Assembly: GCF_009914755.1 (NCBI RefSeq)
Contig: NC_060925.1
Length of the DNA stretch: 64,000 nt
DNA from: the human T2T-CHM13v2.0 reference genome, Homo sapiens
Direction: 5' to 3' (one strand)
Shown: positions 13,431 to 28,767 of the stretch, one piece after another
Layout: each line of letters opens with the position of its first letter
Numbering within the stretch: position 1 is the first letter of the stretch
The notes under the pieces: generated by a model
What the model was told of the DNA's origin: nothing
Seen by the model: only the letters and a program-made list of their open reading frames with translations
The model's database searches: none
Program-made: the position numbers and the translations under genes

Positions 13431-14151
13431 ATAACAAATTGTTCTTCATGATAATGATCATTTTAGGAAGTCTTGTGTCCTATGGAAAAAAAAAAAAACA
13501 TTTTGCTGGTCTTTTCCAGAAAGGCCATTCTCCAAATAAAACATACCATAAAATATCTCAATGACTCATTTATATCTTTGAGGTTGTAACCAAGTTATTA
13601 CATTTCACATTCTACTTGACCAAAGATGCATTTGTTGAGGCCAGAAATAGACGCCAGAGTGTAAGACCAGACTTTTTACCCCAATCCTATTTCCTCTCAG
13701 ATTTGTGTAATAAGCTTACTTTTGATATGAATCTCTGGAGGGAAAATTCTCCAGAAAAGATGCTGGAAGGTGGTTGAGAGTGCTAATGAGGATGAAAAGA
13801 AAGAAGTGAATAAAGTCTGTTTTTCAGTTGTCTTTATCTGACCCTTTTGCTCTTAGCCTACTGGGGCTCTGATTTCCAGGACCGAAGTAAAGATTAGCCA
13901 TTGTACTGCAAATATTGGCCCATTGTTATTAGGGAGAATTGAAATTAAATTTGTAATGATAATGATGGAAGGGGGAAATGGTGAACTTTTAGGGATACAT
14001 GTACATGGTGACATAACCATCTCTTACAGTGAGAGAAATACAAACTCAGAAGAGAGGGAAAATGGGCATTTCAATGAATTCAGTTTCTGGACAACTAAAA
14101 TGTATTTTAAACCAGTTTTTCTCACAGTCAATGCCTTTTGCCATTAAAGCC

Positions 14152-14220
14152 TTTTTTTTCTTTTCCCTTCCCTTCCCTCCCTCCCTGCCTTCCTTCCTCT
14201 TTCTTCCCCTTTCTTTCTTT

Positions 14221-14272
<52 letters not shown>

Positions 14273-14330
14273 TCCTTCTTTCTTTCTTTCCTTCTTTCTT
14301 CTTTTCTTTCTCTGTCTCTCTCTTTCTTTT
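14152..14330 (+). repeat. (TTTC)n / polypyrimidine microsatellite
   Basis: More than ten perfect TTTC units plus TTCC/TCCC flanks; source of the KERK and FLSF ORFs. Confidence 0.95.
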
Positions 14331-15557
14331 CAAAGGTGTAGAACAGAGCCAGACATTCAGTCAATAAAGGTTGCAATTTAGATCATGTATCCTTCTCCTA
14401 ATCTTTCCCCAAGTGCAGGCAGTGCACTTATACCCTATGAATGTCTTCCCAGTTAAGTTTTCTTCTAGTAGAATGCCTCTTTTTAAGAAAACTTTAAATA
14501 TTAGTTTATTCATTATTCTATTTCCTAACCATCTGATATTATTTAATTATACTTCTCTTGAACCACTCTCCACACTGAGGAGGTGGCTTGAGTGGGATCC
14601 TGGAATTTGGTGTGTGAAATCCATGTGTGCTCTCCCGTTGCTGCATAGCTTAGGTGGGGGCATGATCCAGATAGACCTGGTTCTCCTCTTGAGTGCTTCA
14701 GAAGGCAGCCTTAAGGTGGCCTCTCCTAGGAAGATAGCATTGATAGGCAGACCAGAAGTGAAATTGTCCTGATAAAGGCACCCGTATTTCACTGGGAGCT
14801 GGCAGTTGGCAGGGTGTGTTGTTGTGGGGCAGGAAGGAGTTATTCCAGATAGAGGGGTTATTTGCAAGTTGTAGAGAGAAATGAGGGGCCTTAGCTTAGG
14901 GGCCATATGTGGAGTCAGTGGGGGCCACCATATGTCTTTGCTCCTGCAAAGAAAAGGTGATATGGCCATTATGGCCAAAAAGGCCCACTGTGATTTGACC
15001 CAGTATCCCAGTGATGATTTTGGAAAGGTCTCCTCTCTTAACAAAGACAATAGACATGATCAAGTAAGAGTTTACTAGTGCATGGAAGAAATTCCTCTAC
15101 CTGTCACCAGTTGATGAACTGCATCTTGGTGTGCAGGTCACACATGTTGATTACAAAAAGGAAAGCAGCAAGACTATCTTGACCACTGAAAGGAATACCC
15201 TTGTTACTGTTGTGAGGCACTGAAGCAGATAAGAATCATCAGACACAATATAATTGCCGCAAAGGGGAGAGTTCCTTTAGTGTGCATAAGAACTTGGTGC
15301 AGAGAGGGTCTTGGAATTGGCCTTAGTGCGGGGCTAGAATCCCTGTGGGTACAAGGAATTTGCTAGTTTATTCAATGGTTCCAGAAGTTGCCAGTGTAAC
15401 AGCAATTCCCATCAACTGCCCGGTAAGGAGGACTCAGGCAAAGGAGGCCTCTTGTTTATGAATACACCAACTCTATAGGATATTTATGCTGTATGATGTG
15501 TACATGTATGTGTGTGCATGTGTGACATATTTTGGATCATTGTTCACACATACCTAA

Positions 15558-15913
<356 letters not shown>

Positions 15914-15989
15914 CGAAACAGCTTTCTGATCACCAAATAATATAGTTGTTGACAATTGCATTGAATGTTATTGCATTCAAAGCAGTTGT

Positions 15990-16685
15990 TGACAACTTCC
16001 AATACAATGTTGGATAGAAGTGATGACAGCAGATATCTTTGTCCTATTCCTGCATTACTTATGAGAAAAGCATTAGTTCATCTTGGATTTTAGCTGTTTG
16101 CTGTCCTTTATCAGATTGAGTCAATTATTTTTGATTTCTAGTTTCTGAAATTTTCAGGAGGAATGGTGTTGAATTTTGTCAAATGTTTTTCTTTATTCTA
16201 TTGAGATAATTTTTTTCTCTCTTATTTTGGTAGTGTGGTGAATTACATTGATTTTCTCATGTTGACCCAACTTTGAATTCCTAGAATAAACCTCACTTGA
16301 TCATGGGATATTATCCTTGTTCTATTAATATGTTGTTGGATCCCATTGCCTAGTACTTCATTGAGGATTTCTGAATCTGTGTTCATAAAAATATTGGTTT
16401 ATAATTTTCCTTTTTTATTAGCACCATGATCTAACCAACTGAGCTAACCAGTTATATAATTTTCCTTTTTTTTTTTAAATGTGTTTTGAGGTTTTGGTAT
16501 CAGGCCTTGTGAAACCAATGGGCATGTTTTTCCTTCTCCTTTCTTTTATGAAAGGTTTTATGTAAGATTGGTATACTTCCTTTCTTGAATATTTGGTAGG
16601 TCTCATCAATGAAGCCATCTGAATCTGGAGGGGTTTTTTTTTTGTGGAAAAGTTTTAAATTACATATTTTATTTCTTTAATAGAA
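15990..16685 (-). mobile_element. L1M ORF2 fragment
   Basis: AATACAATGTTGGATAGAAGTGATGACAGC, GTTGAATTTTGTCAAATG, TCAATGAAGCCATCTG. Confidence 0.8.
16415..16453 (-). pseudogene. Retrotransposed 5' half of tRNA-Ile(AAT)
   Basis: The minus strand CTGGTTAGCTCAGTTGGTTAGATCATGGTGCTAATAA matches the tRNA-Ile-AAT 5' half (GGCCGGTTAGCTCAGTTGGTTAGAGCGTGGTGCTAATAA). TSD TATAATTTTCCTTTTTT at 16400 and 16455. Confidence 0.88.
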
Positions 16686-16859
16686 CTCTGCCTCCATTTC
16701 TAACTCTCTGTAATTGCATAAATCTAATTCATTTATCCAACATCTATCTTTTTTTTGGAACCATCATTTTCTATTCTATGGGCTTCTATATGAACTGTCA
16801 ATCACTATAATTTGTATCCCAACCTCCTTAGAGAGTTCAGTTGAAATGTCAGCCAAACT

Positions 16860-17223
16860 GACATATCAGAGTATGACTTTTCTACTAGAACAGGTGGGAG
16901 AAGACTTTTTCATCTAGTTTAATGGTGTTGGAACATTCTGAGTTCAAGGCTGCCAGTGGCCATTTTCTCAAATCACAGGGAGGAAGATTGTGGTTAGAAG
17001 AGAAAAAGACCATGCAGGTAAACAAAGTCAAAAGTTGACTCTGGGAAAGGGAAAGATGCCTGATGATGTCATTAGAATCCTCAGGTCTATTGTCTAAAAC
17101 TAGTTCTATTCCTAGACTTTTTGGTACACAAGCCAATAGATTCTTCTTAAAATTATGTTCTAGTTTAAGTTAGCTCAAGTTGGGTTTCTGACATTTGCAA
17201 TGAAAAGAGACTTAACTAATACA
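16860..17223 (+). mobile_element. MLT1-type MaLR LTR
   Basis: 3' end GCTCAAGTTGGGTTTCTGACATTTGCAATGAAAAGAGACTTAACTAATACA. Confidence 0.7.
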
Positions 17224-17607
17224 CTCTTTTTAAAGAATCTGCACTCTTGGATTTTCACATAATCCCACATATTGAGAAGAAGAGAGACTTCTTTCTCTCT
17301 TTGCACATTAGGTAGGAGGTGAAGAAGGAGATGTAGGTGTGTAGATGATGTTCAAGAAGTATTTCTTGAAGTAAAGTGAATTGAAAGAGTAACTCTAGTC
17401 TTATTTCAGAGATACAGTGGGGGAACGTGACATCTTGATATCCTTAAAATTATCACTTTGAATGTATTTTACCTTTATAATAGTAGAGTATATGGCAGCT
17501 AGATTTACTAGAAGCATTTGCTTATCAGAAATGTTATATATTTACTAGGTGACACTCTTATGTAAAAGAGCATCTCAAGTTCCAAAATACTCACTTAGAA
17601 ATGACTC

Positions 17608-17639
<32 letters not shown>

Positions 17640-17838
17640 CTTTAAGTTTTAGGGTACATGTGCACAATGTGCAGGTTAGTTACATATGTATACATGTGCC
17701 GTGCTGCTGTGCTGCACCCATTAACTTGTCATTTAGCATTAGGTATATCTCCTAATGCTATCCCTCCCTGCTCCCCCCACCCCACAACAGTCCCCAGAGT
17801 GTGATGTTCCCCTTCCTGTGTCCATGTGTTCTCATTGT

Positions 17839-21663
<3,825 letters not shown>

Positions 21664-21726
21664 TATAATGTTAGCTGGTTATTTTGCTCGTTAGTTGATG
21701 CAGTTTCTTCCTAGTCTTGATGGTCT

Positions 21727-22743
21727 TTACATTTTGGCATGATTTTGCAGTGGCTGGTACTGGTTGTTCCTTTCCATGTTTAGCACTTCCTTCAGGAGCT
21801 CTTTTAGGGCAAGCCTGGTGGTGACAAAATCTCTCAGCATTTGCTTGTCTGGAAAGGATTTTATTTCTCCTTCACTTATGAAGCTTAGTTTGGCTGGATA
21901 TGAAATTCTGGGTTGAAAATTCTTTTCTTTAAGAATGTTGAATATTGGCACCCACTCTCTTCTGGATTGTAGAGTTTCTGCTGAGAGATCTGCTGTTAGT
22001 CTGGTGGGCTTCCCTTTGAGGGTAACGCAACCTTTCTCTCTGGCTGCCCTTAACATTTTTTCCTTCATTTCAACTTTGGTGAATCTGACAATTATGTGTC
22101 TTGGAGTTGCTCTTCTCGAGGAGTATCTTTGTAGCGTTCTCTGTATTTCCTGAATTTGAATGTTGGCCTGCCTTGCTAGATTGGGGAAGTTCTCTTGGAT
22201 AATATCCTGCAGAGTGTTTTCCAACTTGGTTCCATTCTCCCTGTCACTTTCAGGTACACCAATCAGATGTAGATTTGGTCTTTTCACATAGTTCCATATT
22301 TCTTGGAGGCTTTGTTCGTTTCTTTTTATTCTTTTTTCTCTAAACTTCCCTTCTCGCTTCATTTCATTCATTTCATCTTCCATCGCTGATACCCTTTCTT
22401 CCAGTTGATTGCATCAGCTCCTGAGGCTTCGGCATTCTTCACGCAGTTCTCGAGCCTTGGTTTTCAGCTCCATCAGCTCCTTTAAGCACTTCTCTATATT
22501 GGTTATTCTAGTTATACATTCTTCTAAATTTTTTTCAAAGTTTTCAACTTCTTTGCCTTTGGTTTGAATTTCCTCCCGTAGCTCAGAGTAATTTGATCGT
22601 CTGAAGCCTTCTTCTCTCAACTCGTCAAAGTCATTCTCCATCCAGCTTTGTTCCATTGCTGGTGAGGAACTGTGTTCCTTTGGAGGAGGAGAGGCGCTCT
22701 GCTTTTTAGAGTTTCCAGTTTTTCTGCTCTGTTTTTTCCCCAT
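21727..22743 (-). pseudogene. ORF1: L1 ORF1, with an in-frame stop at 22414-22416
   Basis: MGKKQSRKTGNSK...YQPLQNHAKM; TGA follows RSLRS, probably from CGA CpG decay. Confidence 0.95.
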
Positions 22744-23198
22744 CTTTGTGGTTTTATCTACTTTTGGTCTTTGATGATGGTGATGTACAGATGGGTTTTT
22801 GGTGTGGATGTCCTTTCTGTTTGGTAGTTTTCCTTCTAACAGACAGGACCCTCAGCTGCAGGTCTGTTGGAGTACCAGGGCGTGTGAGGTGTCAGTTTGC
22901 CCCTGCTGGGGGGTGCCTCCCAGTTAGGCTGCTCAGGGGTCAGGGGTCAGGGACCCACTTGAGGAGGCAGTCTGCCTGTTCTCAGATCTCCAGCTGCGTG
23001 CTGGGAGAACCACTGCTCTCTTCAAAGCTGTCAGACAGGGACATTTAAGTCTGCAGAGGTTACTGCTGTCTTTTTGTTTGTCTGTGCCCTGCCCCCAGAG
23101 GTGGAGCCTACAGAGGCAGGCAGGCCTCCTTGAGCTGTGGTGGACTCCACTGAGTTTGAGCTTCGGGGCTGCTTTGTTTACCTAAGCAAGCCTGCGCA

Positions 23199-23318
23199 AT
23201 GGCAGGTGCCCCTCCCCCAGCCTCGCTGCCGCCTTGCAGTTTGATCTCAGACTGCTGTGCTAGCAATCAGCGAGACTCCGTGGGCGTAGGACCCGCGGAG
23301 CCACGTTCCTGGATATAA
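23199..23318 (+). pseudogene. ORF0: L1 antisense ORF0, truncated to 39 aa
   Basis: MAGAPPPASLPPCSLISDCCASNQRDSVGVGPAEPRSWI* after a local rearrangement at about 23303-23310. Confidence 0.8.
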
Positions 23319-23664
23319 TCTCGTGGTGCGCCGTTTTTTAAGCCGGTCGGAAAAGCGCAGTATTCGGGTGGGAGTGACCCGATTTTCCAGGTGCCATCTG
23401 TCACCCCTTTCTTTGACTAGGAAAGGGAACTCCCTGACCCCTTGTGCTTCCCAAGTGAGGCAATGCCTCGCCCTGCTTCAGCTCGCGCATGGTGCGGGCA
23501 CCCACTGACCTGCGCCCACTGTCTGGCACTCCCTAGTGAGATGAACCCGGTATGGTACCTCAAATGGAAATGCAGAAATCACCCGTCTTCTGCATCGCTC
23601 ACCCTGGGAGCTGTAGAGGGAGCTGTTCCTATTCGGCCATCTTGGCTCCTCCCTTCATATGCAC

Positions 23665-23665
<1 letters not shown>

Positions 23666-23704
<39 letters not shown>

Positions 23705-23990
23705 AGACGGAATCTTGTTGCTCTGTCACCCAGGCTGGAGTGCAGTGGTGCAATCTCGGCTCACTGCAACCTCTGTCTCCTGGGTTGAAGTGATTCTCAT
23801 GCCTCAACCTCCTGAGTAGCTGGGATTACATAGATGCACACCACCATGCTTGGCTTATCTTTGTATTTTTAGTAGAGACAGGGTTTTGCCATGTTGGCCA
23901 GGCTGGTCTAGAACTACTGACCTCATGTGATCTGCCTGCCTCAGCCTCCCAAAGTGTTAGGATTACAGGTGTGAGCCACTTCGCCTGGCC
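23666..23990 (-). mobile_element. AluSx/Sz with a 38-nt pure T tract
   Basis: Full dimer; no left-hand TSD copy is visible. Confidence 0.92.
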
Positions 23991-24168
23991 TCCTTTGCCT
24001 TTTGTCATGAGTAGAAGCAGCCTGAAGCCCTCATCAGAAGCCCAGCAGATGCTGGCACCATGCTTCTTGTACAGCCTGCTGAACCGTGAGTGAAATAAGC
24101 CTCTTTTCCTTATAAATTATTCAGCCTCAGGTATTCCTTTATAAAGCAACACAAAACAGACTAAGACA
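23991..24168 (+). mobile_element. MSTB-type MaLR LTR, 3' portion only
   Basis: GCAGATGCTGGCACCATGCTTCTTGTACAGCCTGC...AGCAACACAAAACAGACTAAGACA. Confidence 0.85.
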
Positions 24169-24560
24169 ATTAGTTTTTTGTGTAGACTTATGTTGTCAAT
24201 TCTCTTGTGTATATATGTCGGAATGGACTTGCTAGGTCATATATTTATGTTTTGAGGAACTGCCAAACTATTTTCCAAAGTGGTGGCACCATTTAACATT
24301 CTCACCAACAATACATGAAGGTTCCAGTTTTTCCATGTCCTTGACAACACTTGTTATTTTCTGTCTTTTTGATGCTAGCCACCCTGCTGGGTATGAAGTG
24401 GTATCTCATCGTGGTTTTGATTTGCATTTCCCTAATAACTAATGATGCTGAGCATCTTTTCATGTACTTATGGGCCATTTCAATTTTTCTTTGGAGAAAT
24501 ATCTATCTAAATCCTTTGCTCATTTTAAAATCAGGTTTTAAAAAATTATTATTAAGTTAT
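24169..24560 (-). mobile_element. L1M (MB/MC-like) ORF2 C-terminal fragment
   Basis: GAGGAACTGCCAAACTATTTTCCAAAGTGG, GTGGTATCTCATCGTGGTTTTGATTTGCATTTCC. Confidence 0.85.
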
Positions 24561-25199
24561 AAGCACAGTAACTATTTAAATCATCACTTAAGCAGTCAAT
24601 ATTTCTGAAAAATGATATACTTTAAACAAAGTAGGATATTTATGCAGTTGTAATGTTGATGTTTTCAGGTCAGTCACAAGAGGCATAGGCATCACTTGTT
24701 TATTAATATAAAGGCAAAACCATTAACTAGCATTAGCATTTCATTATAAATACATTTAATCTCAAATCTCTTGTTAAAAGTTAACTGCTAACATTTTCAG
24801 TTTCACCAACTCTGAATGAAGTAAAATCAGATTGGCTAGATCCTTTATGAACATGTCTAGTGTCGCTTGGCTGTTCCAGTCAGTGCTCCCAAATGTTAAA
24901 TGCCTTTATGTTTCTGCCTTAGCATTAATTACTCTTATGAAATAAACTTATCAAGGCCTATAGTCTCTGACTCTCAAGAAAGGCCTTTGAGGGTATGACT
25001 TTCACTTTCAATGAGCGTCAGAAACCACTAGAGTAAAATATTAATTTACTCCAAATGCTGTAAGTTGCTTATTAATGATCTCCCATGGCAATGTTACAGG
25101 TTTAAGCCTCAATTCTCTAGAGGTGGCATTACGTTTTCTTATCAGAGCTTAGGTTTAGGAAAATCCATGATGATAGCAAACAATTTAAAAACTATATAA

Positions 25200-25745
25200 T
25201 TGAAACAAATTCAGCTCTTGGTTTCCCATCCTCCCTTACTTCCCATCCTCCTCTGTGGTCATTTCAGAATTCCATTCTCTCTTGAACTCTTTCCTCACCA
25301 GCTTCCTTCACAATTCCATCAGGCAGCCTTTCCTTCTATCTCATTGTGAAACAGAGGCCATCAGATAGGAGCTCCCTCAACGTCCTCCCACCCCACAGAG
25401 CAAAACCACCTGTGCCTGCCTCCATTAATCACTGGTCCCTACAGTCCCTATGGAAGAGATGTTTCCCTACCCATGTGAGGCTCGTCCCTGTGCTTTCTGT
25501 CTCATCCCATCCAGCCTCCTCACAGACCCCATCCCATCAGCTCCCCCTACTCTCCTCTATTTGCAGCCTCACCTATTCTCCTGACCTCTTCCCACTAAAC
25601 TTTAAAAATGCTCATTTGTCCTGTGTTATAAAAACAACAATTCCTCTTTGAGCTCCTCTGACTTCGTCTAATTGCAAACCTATGTGTTTCTTTCCTTCAT
25701 GGGCCAATTTCTGTGTCCCTTTCTTCATCTCCCTTTCACTCCTTC
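25200..25745 (+). mobile_element. L2 ORF2 relic
   Basis: Pyrimidine-rich L2-like sequence (CTGTGCTTTCTGTCTCATCCCATCC, CCTCTTCCCACTAAACTTTAAAAATGCTC). Confidence 0.55.
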
Positions 25746-25845
25746 AACTGGTTGTACTTCTATAATTTTTTGTTAATGTATATTGGAATAAAATTGAGAG
25801 ACAACTAGGAGATATCGAGCAAAGAAGAAGGAAAGACATTCTACA

Positions 25846-26652
25846 TGTTACTGAACCGAACTTGGGTCTGCCTGCTTGGCTCAGGAAGGCTAAACATCTA
25901 CACCATGTTGTGCAGTGAAAGAAAGGAGTGAGTTTATTTGTGTGGCACCAAGCAAGGAGATTTGGCCAGCTCACACTTAAGACCCAGCCTCTCTGATGGC
26001 TTACAAGTAAAGGTTTTAAAGGCAGGGGTAAATTTTAGGAAAGCAGGAGTTACAGGCAAAATTACTAATCCTTACACGGAGGTAATACATTGGTTTGGCC
26101 CCAAAAGATGGGATGTCTTGAAGGAGGGGCTTAGAGATCATAGATGGATTTAAAGATTCTTTGATTTGCAATTGGTTATAGAAATAAAGCTTTGTGTAAA
26201 AACTTAGGGTCAACAGAAAGGAATGTTAAGGTCTGGCCTGTGGGTATGACTCTTTTTAGACTTCTCAGGAAGAAATTTAGGACAAAGAACAGCGGTCAGA
26301 GTTCAGTCTTCAGTTTCCCTTTATCTGAGGCCTATTGCCAGTGGACAGACAGCATTTTCCATTTGAGGGGGGGTTGGGTTTTTGATAAACAACTCAAGGA
26401 CGTATGTTAAGATGTTATCTTTAGTTTTTATACAGAATCAAATATTTTGTGGCTGTATTATTTTTGGTTATTGTTTTGAGCTATTATTATCTTTTTGTTT
26501 ATATCAGGCTGTTTATTTACTTCTTAAAGCTAGCTAGGCACCTGGAATGCCCCTTGAAGGAACTCAAGATTTTACTTTATTTTTTAAATTTACTTTATTT
26601 ACTTTATTTTTTAAGCCTATGGGCCCCTAAGAGGGTTTGCTGCTCTGTTTCA
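25846..26652 (-). repeat. 3' LTR of the provirus
   Basis: TGTTACTGAACCGAAC...CTCTGTTTCA; collinear with 33166-34520 (shared GGCACCAAGCAAGGAGA and CAGCTCACACTTAAGACCC). Confidence 0.92.
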
Positions 26653-26668
26653 GTCCTCCGTCTTTCAT
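26653..26668 (-). other. Polypurine tract (degenerate)
   Basis: Minus strand ATGAAAGACGGAGGAC directly precedes the TG of the 3' LTR. Confidence 0.6.
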
Positions 26669-26779
26669 AATTTCTCAATCCTGAGAGGGTATAGAGAGCA
26701 CTCTGGCTACTTCTTGTTGAATTGGGGCAAAGATTGGGGAGTAGGATATGAGGAATGAAAGTTTCTAGCAAGGCGCTCA

Positions 26780-28760
26780 AGATATTTATGAGTTTCATGC
26801 ATGGAAACTTGACTTGGAGCTGTTATTATATTAATTCCTTTAGTCACTCTTTCATTATATATATTTGGTTATAATATAAAGCATAAACAGAATTAGCAAG
26901 ATTGATATGTCTAACTTCAGCAATCCTTTTCTTTTCTTTTCTTTTTTTTTTTTTTACTTCAGCAATCCTTAAGACATGGACTGTATTTTATGAGGAATCT
27001 AAGAAAATAAGGAAGAAAACCAATACTTGGGGGCAGTTGGGGATATTGGGGATACTGGTTATAACCAAGTGGTTTGTTTTAACATTTTTTAGATTAGTTT
27101 TTATTGTTTGCAGATTTATTTATATAAGCATAGCATGTGACATTTATAACCATATATATATATGGTTTAGGTAAGATGTACTCTAAGACTATTTTATTAT
27201 CTAATACAACCTGAGTCAATGAATTAACTTTTTTTTTTTTTTTCTGCTGGGCAGCTATTGCCAATGTAGTTTTATCAGTAAGAATTTTTTAAGTTAGGGA
27301 GAGGTTTTTAATTATATGTTCATGGGACACTACTCTTGACCAATGTAACAATGTGTGCTCAAAGAAGTACCCAGCTCCACCTTTTTGGTACAATCTCCAT
27401 TGTGAGTTTGTGGGCCGTTTAGTTCTATCAAGTAATTTTAGGGAGCTAGTTCAGTGTTTGGTTTTAGCAGATTCATGTATAGAAAGAGGGATAATTGAGT
27501 AATCTAGCAGGCAAATTTGTTTTCTATATACCAATTGTCAATATATTTATAAGTCCAGTGGGATTTCTTTTGGGGTACTTTTCACAAGTAGATATTTTGG
27601 AGGAGTACAGAGGACCCAGAAATACTGTACAGATTAAGCTTGGAGTCTTGTGTCAGGGCATTGTGGGTTGGATTACATCAAAGATCCATAGCCAGTGGGT
27701 CTATTTTTGAACATTGTTTATATTGATTTTCTTTTTAAAAAAATTAAAAATTTTTTTCACCTTATTTTTAGTATCTTCTTTCTCTCCATTGAATGTTGTT
27801 TGGTAGTAAAGAGCTGCTGAATTTGACAAGATCCAAGATAAGAGTTTGGAGGTATTTCTGAGCAGGACTTTAGGGGATGGTAGTAATAGAAGTAAGGGCT
27901 ATTAATATTTTTTTCTCAAGCCGATAGTGTACTAAACAGAGGAAGAGTGTATGATTATTTTCCCCCAGCAAACTTGATTAAGAAAGCTCTAAGAAGCAGG
28001 GGGCATACAACATTAGTCTTTTTTATGTAGCATTTTTTAGTTTGGTCAGAAAATAAGAAACTCTTGGTTAATTATGGTGAAATTAACAGGCTTGGAGGGT
28101 TTAGAGCAAACTTTAGGCTCTTTTAGAAAGGAGTTAGGATGAAGCAGGGAACTGGAGACATAGGGTCTTGGGTTGTTAACCTTTACTCAATAGGTCACAA
28201 GATTGGGGGTGCTCTTTATTTTACCTTATGGTAAACTTAGGAACAACCGTAAAGTTAGTTACAGGCATGATTAAAGGGTCCGTATAGTCATGAACCAGAA
28301 ATAGTTTGTGATGACATATTTAGTAATTGGTTAAATTTCCTGAAGAGGCCAGAGATTGGAAAACTTTAACTATAGAGTTATATTTTTATGCAAGTGTAAG
28401 GGTCAAAGAAGCAATGATATAAACAAAAATCTTGTTGGCCAATTTCTAGAGGAACAACTAGAATGTTATAGTAAGTAATATACATATATAATATATATTT
28501 AATTTTGTTATGAACTGAAATTTTTATTAATTTTTAGTAAAATAAAGATACCTAAGGTGTTGCATTATTACTATAATTTAGTGAAAAAATAAAATATAAT
28601 CTATATAATTTTAGAACAAATAACAAGTTTTATTTTTAATTACAAATTTGCAAGCCAAATGGTTAAAAGGTTTGCGCAGCAAATATAAGGAGCTAAGCAA
28701 ACAGGAAATTAATAAATTGTCCCTATATATAATATGTAAATATGTAGGGCCAGGAATTAG
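26780..28760 (-). pseudogene. env: ERV env remnant
   Basis: TM region reads VVSHEHIIKNLSLT...TTLAIAAQQ...VNSLTQVVLDNKIVLEYIL...VINVTCYAYINKS (about 27110-27330), matching the immunosuppressive domain and CX6CC region. The SU start is not resolved. Confidence 0.8.
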
Positions 28761-28767
28761 TCATTAT

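Noticed and set aside
14029-14376. KERK- and FLSF-repeat ORFs
   Set aside because: Translations of the (TTTC)n microsatellite.
26780-28760. Co-opted (syncytin-like) env
   Set aside because: No long ORF; stops, frameshifts and insertions throughout.
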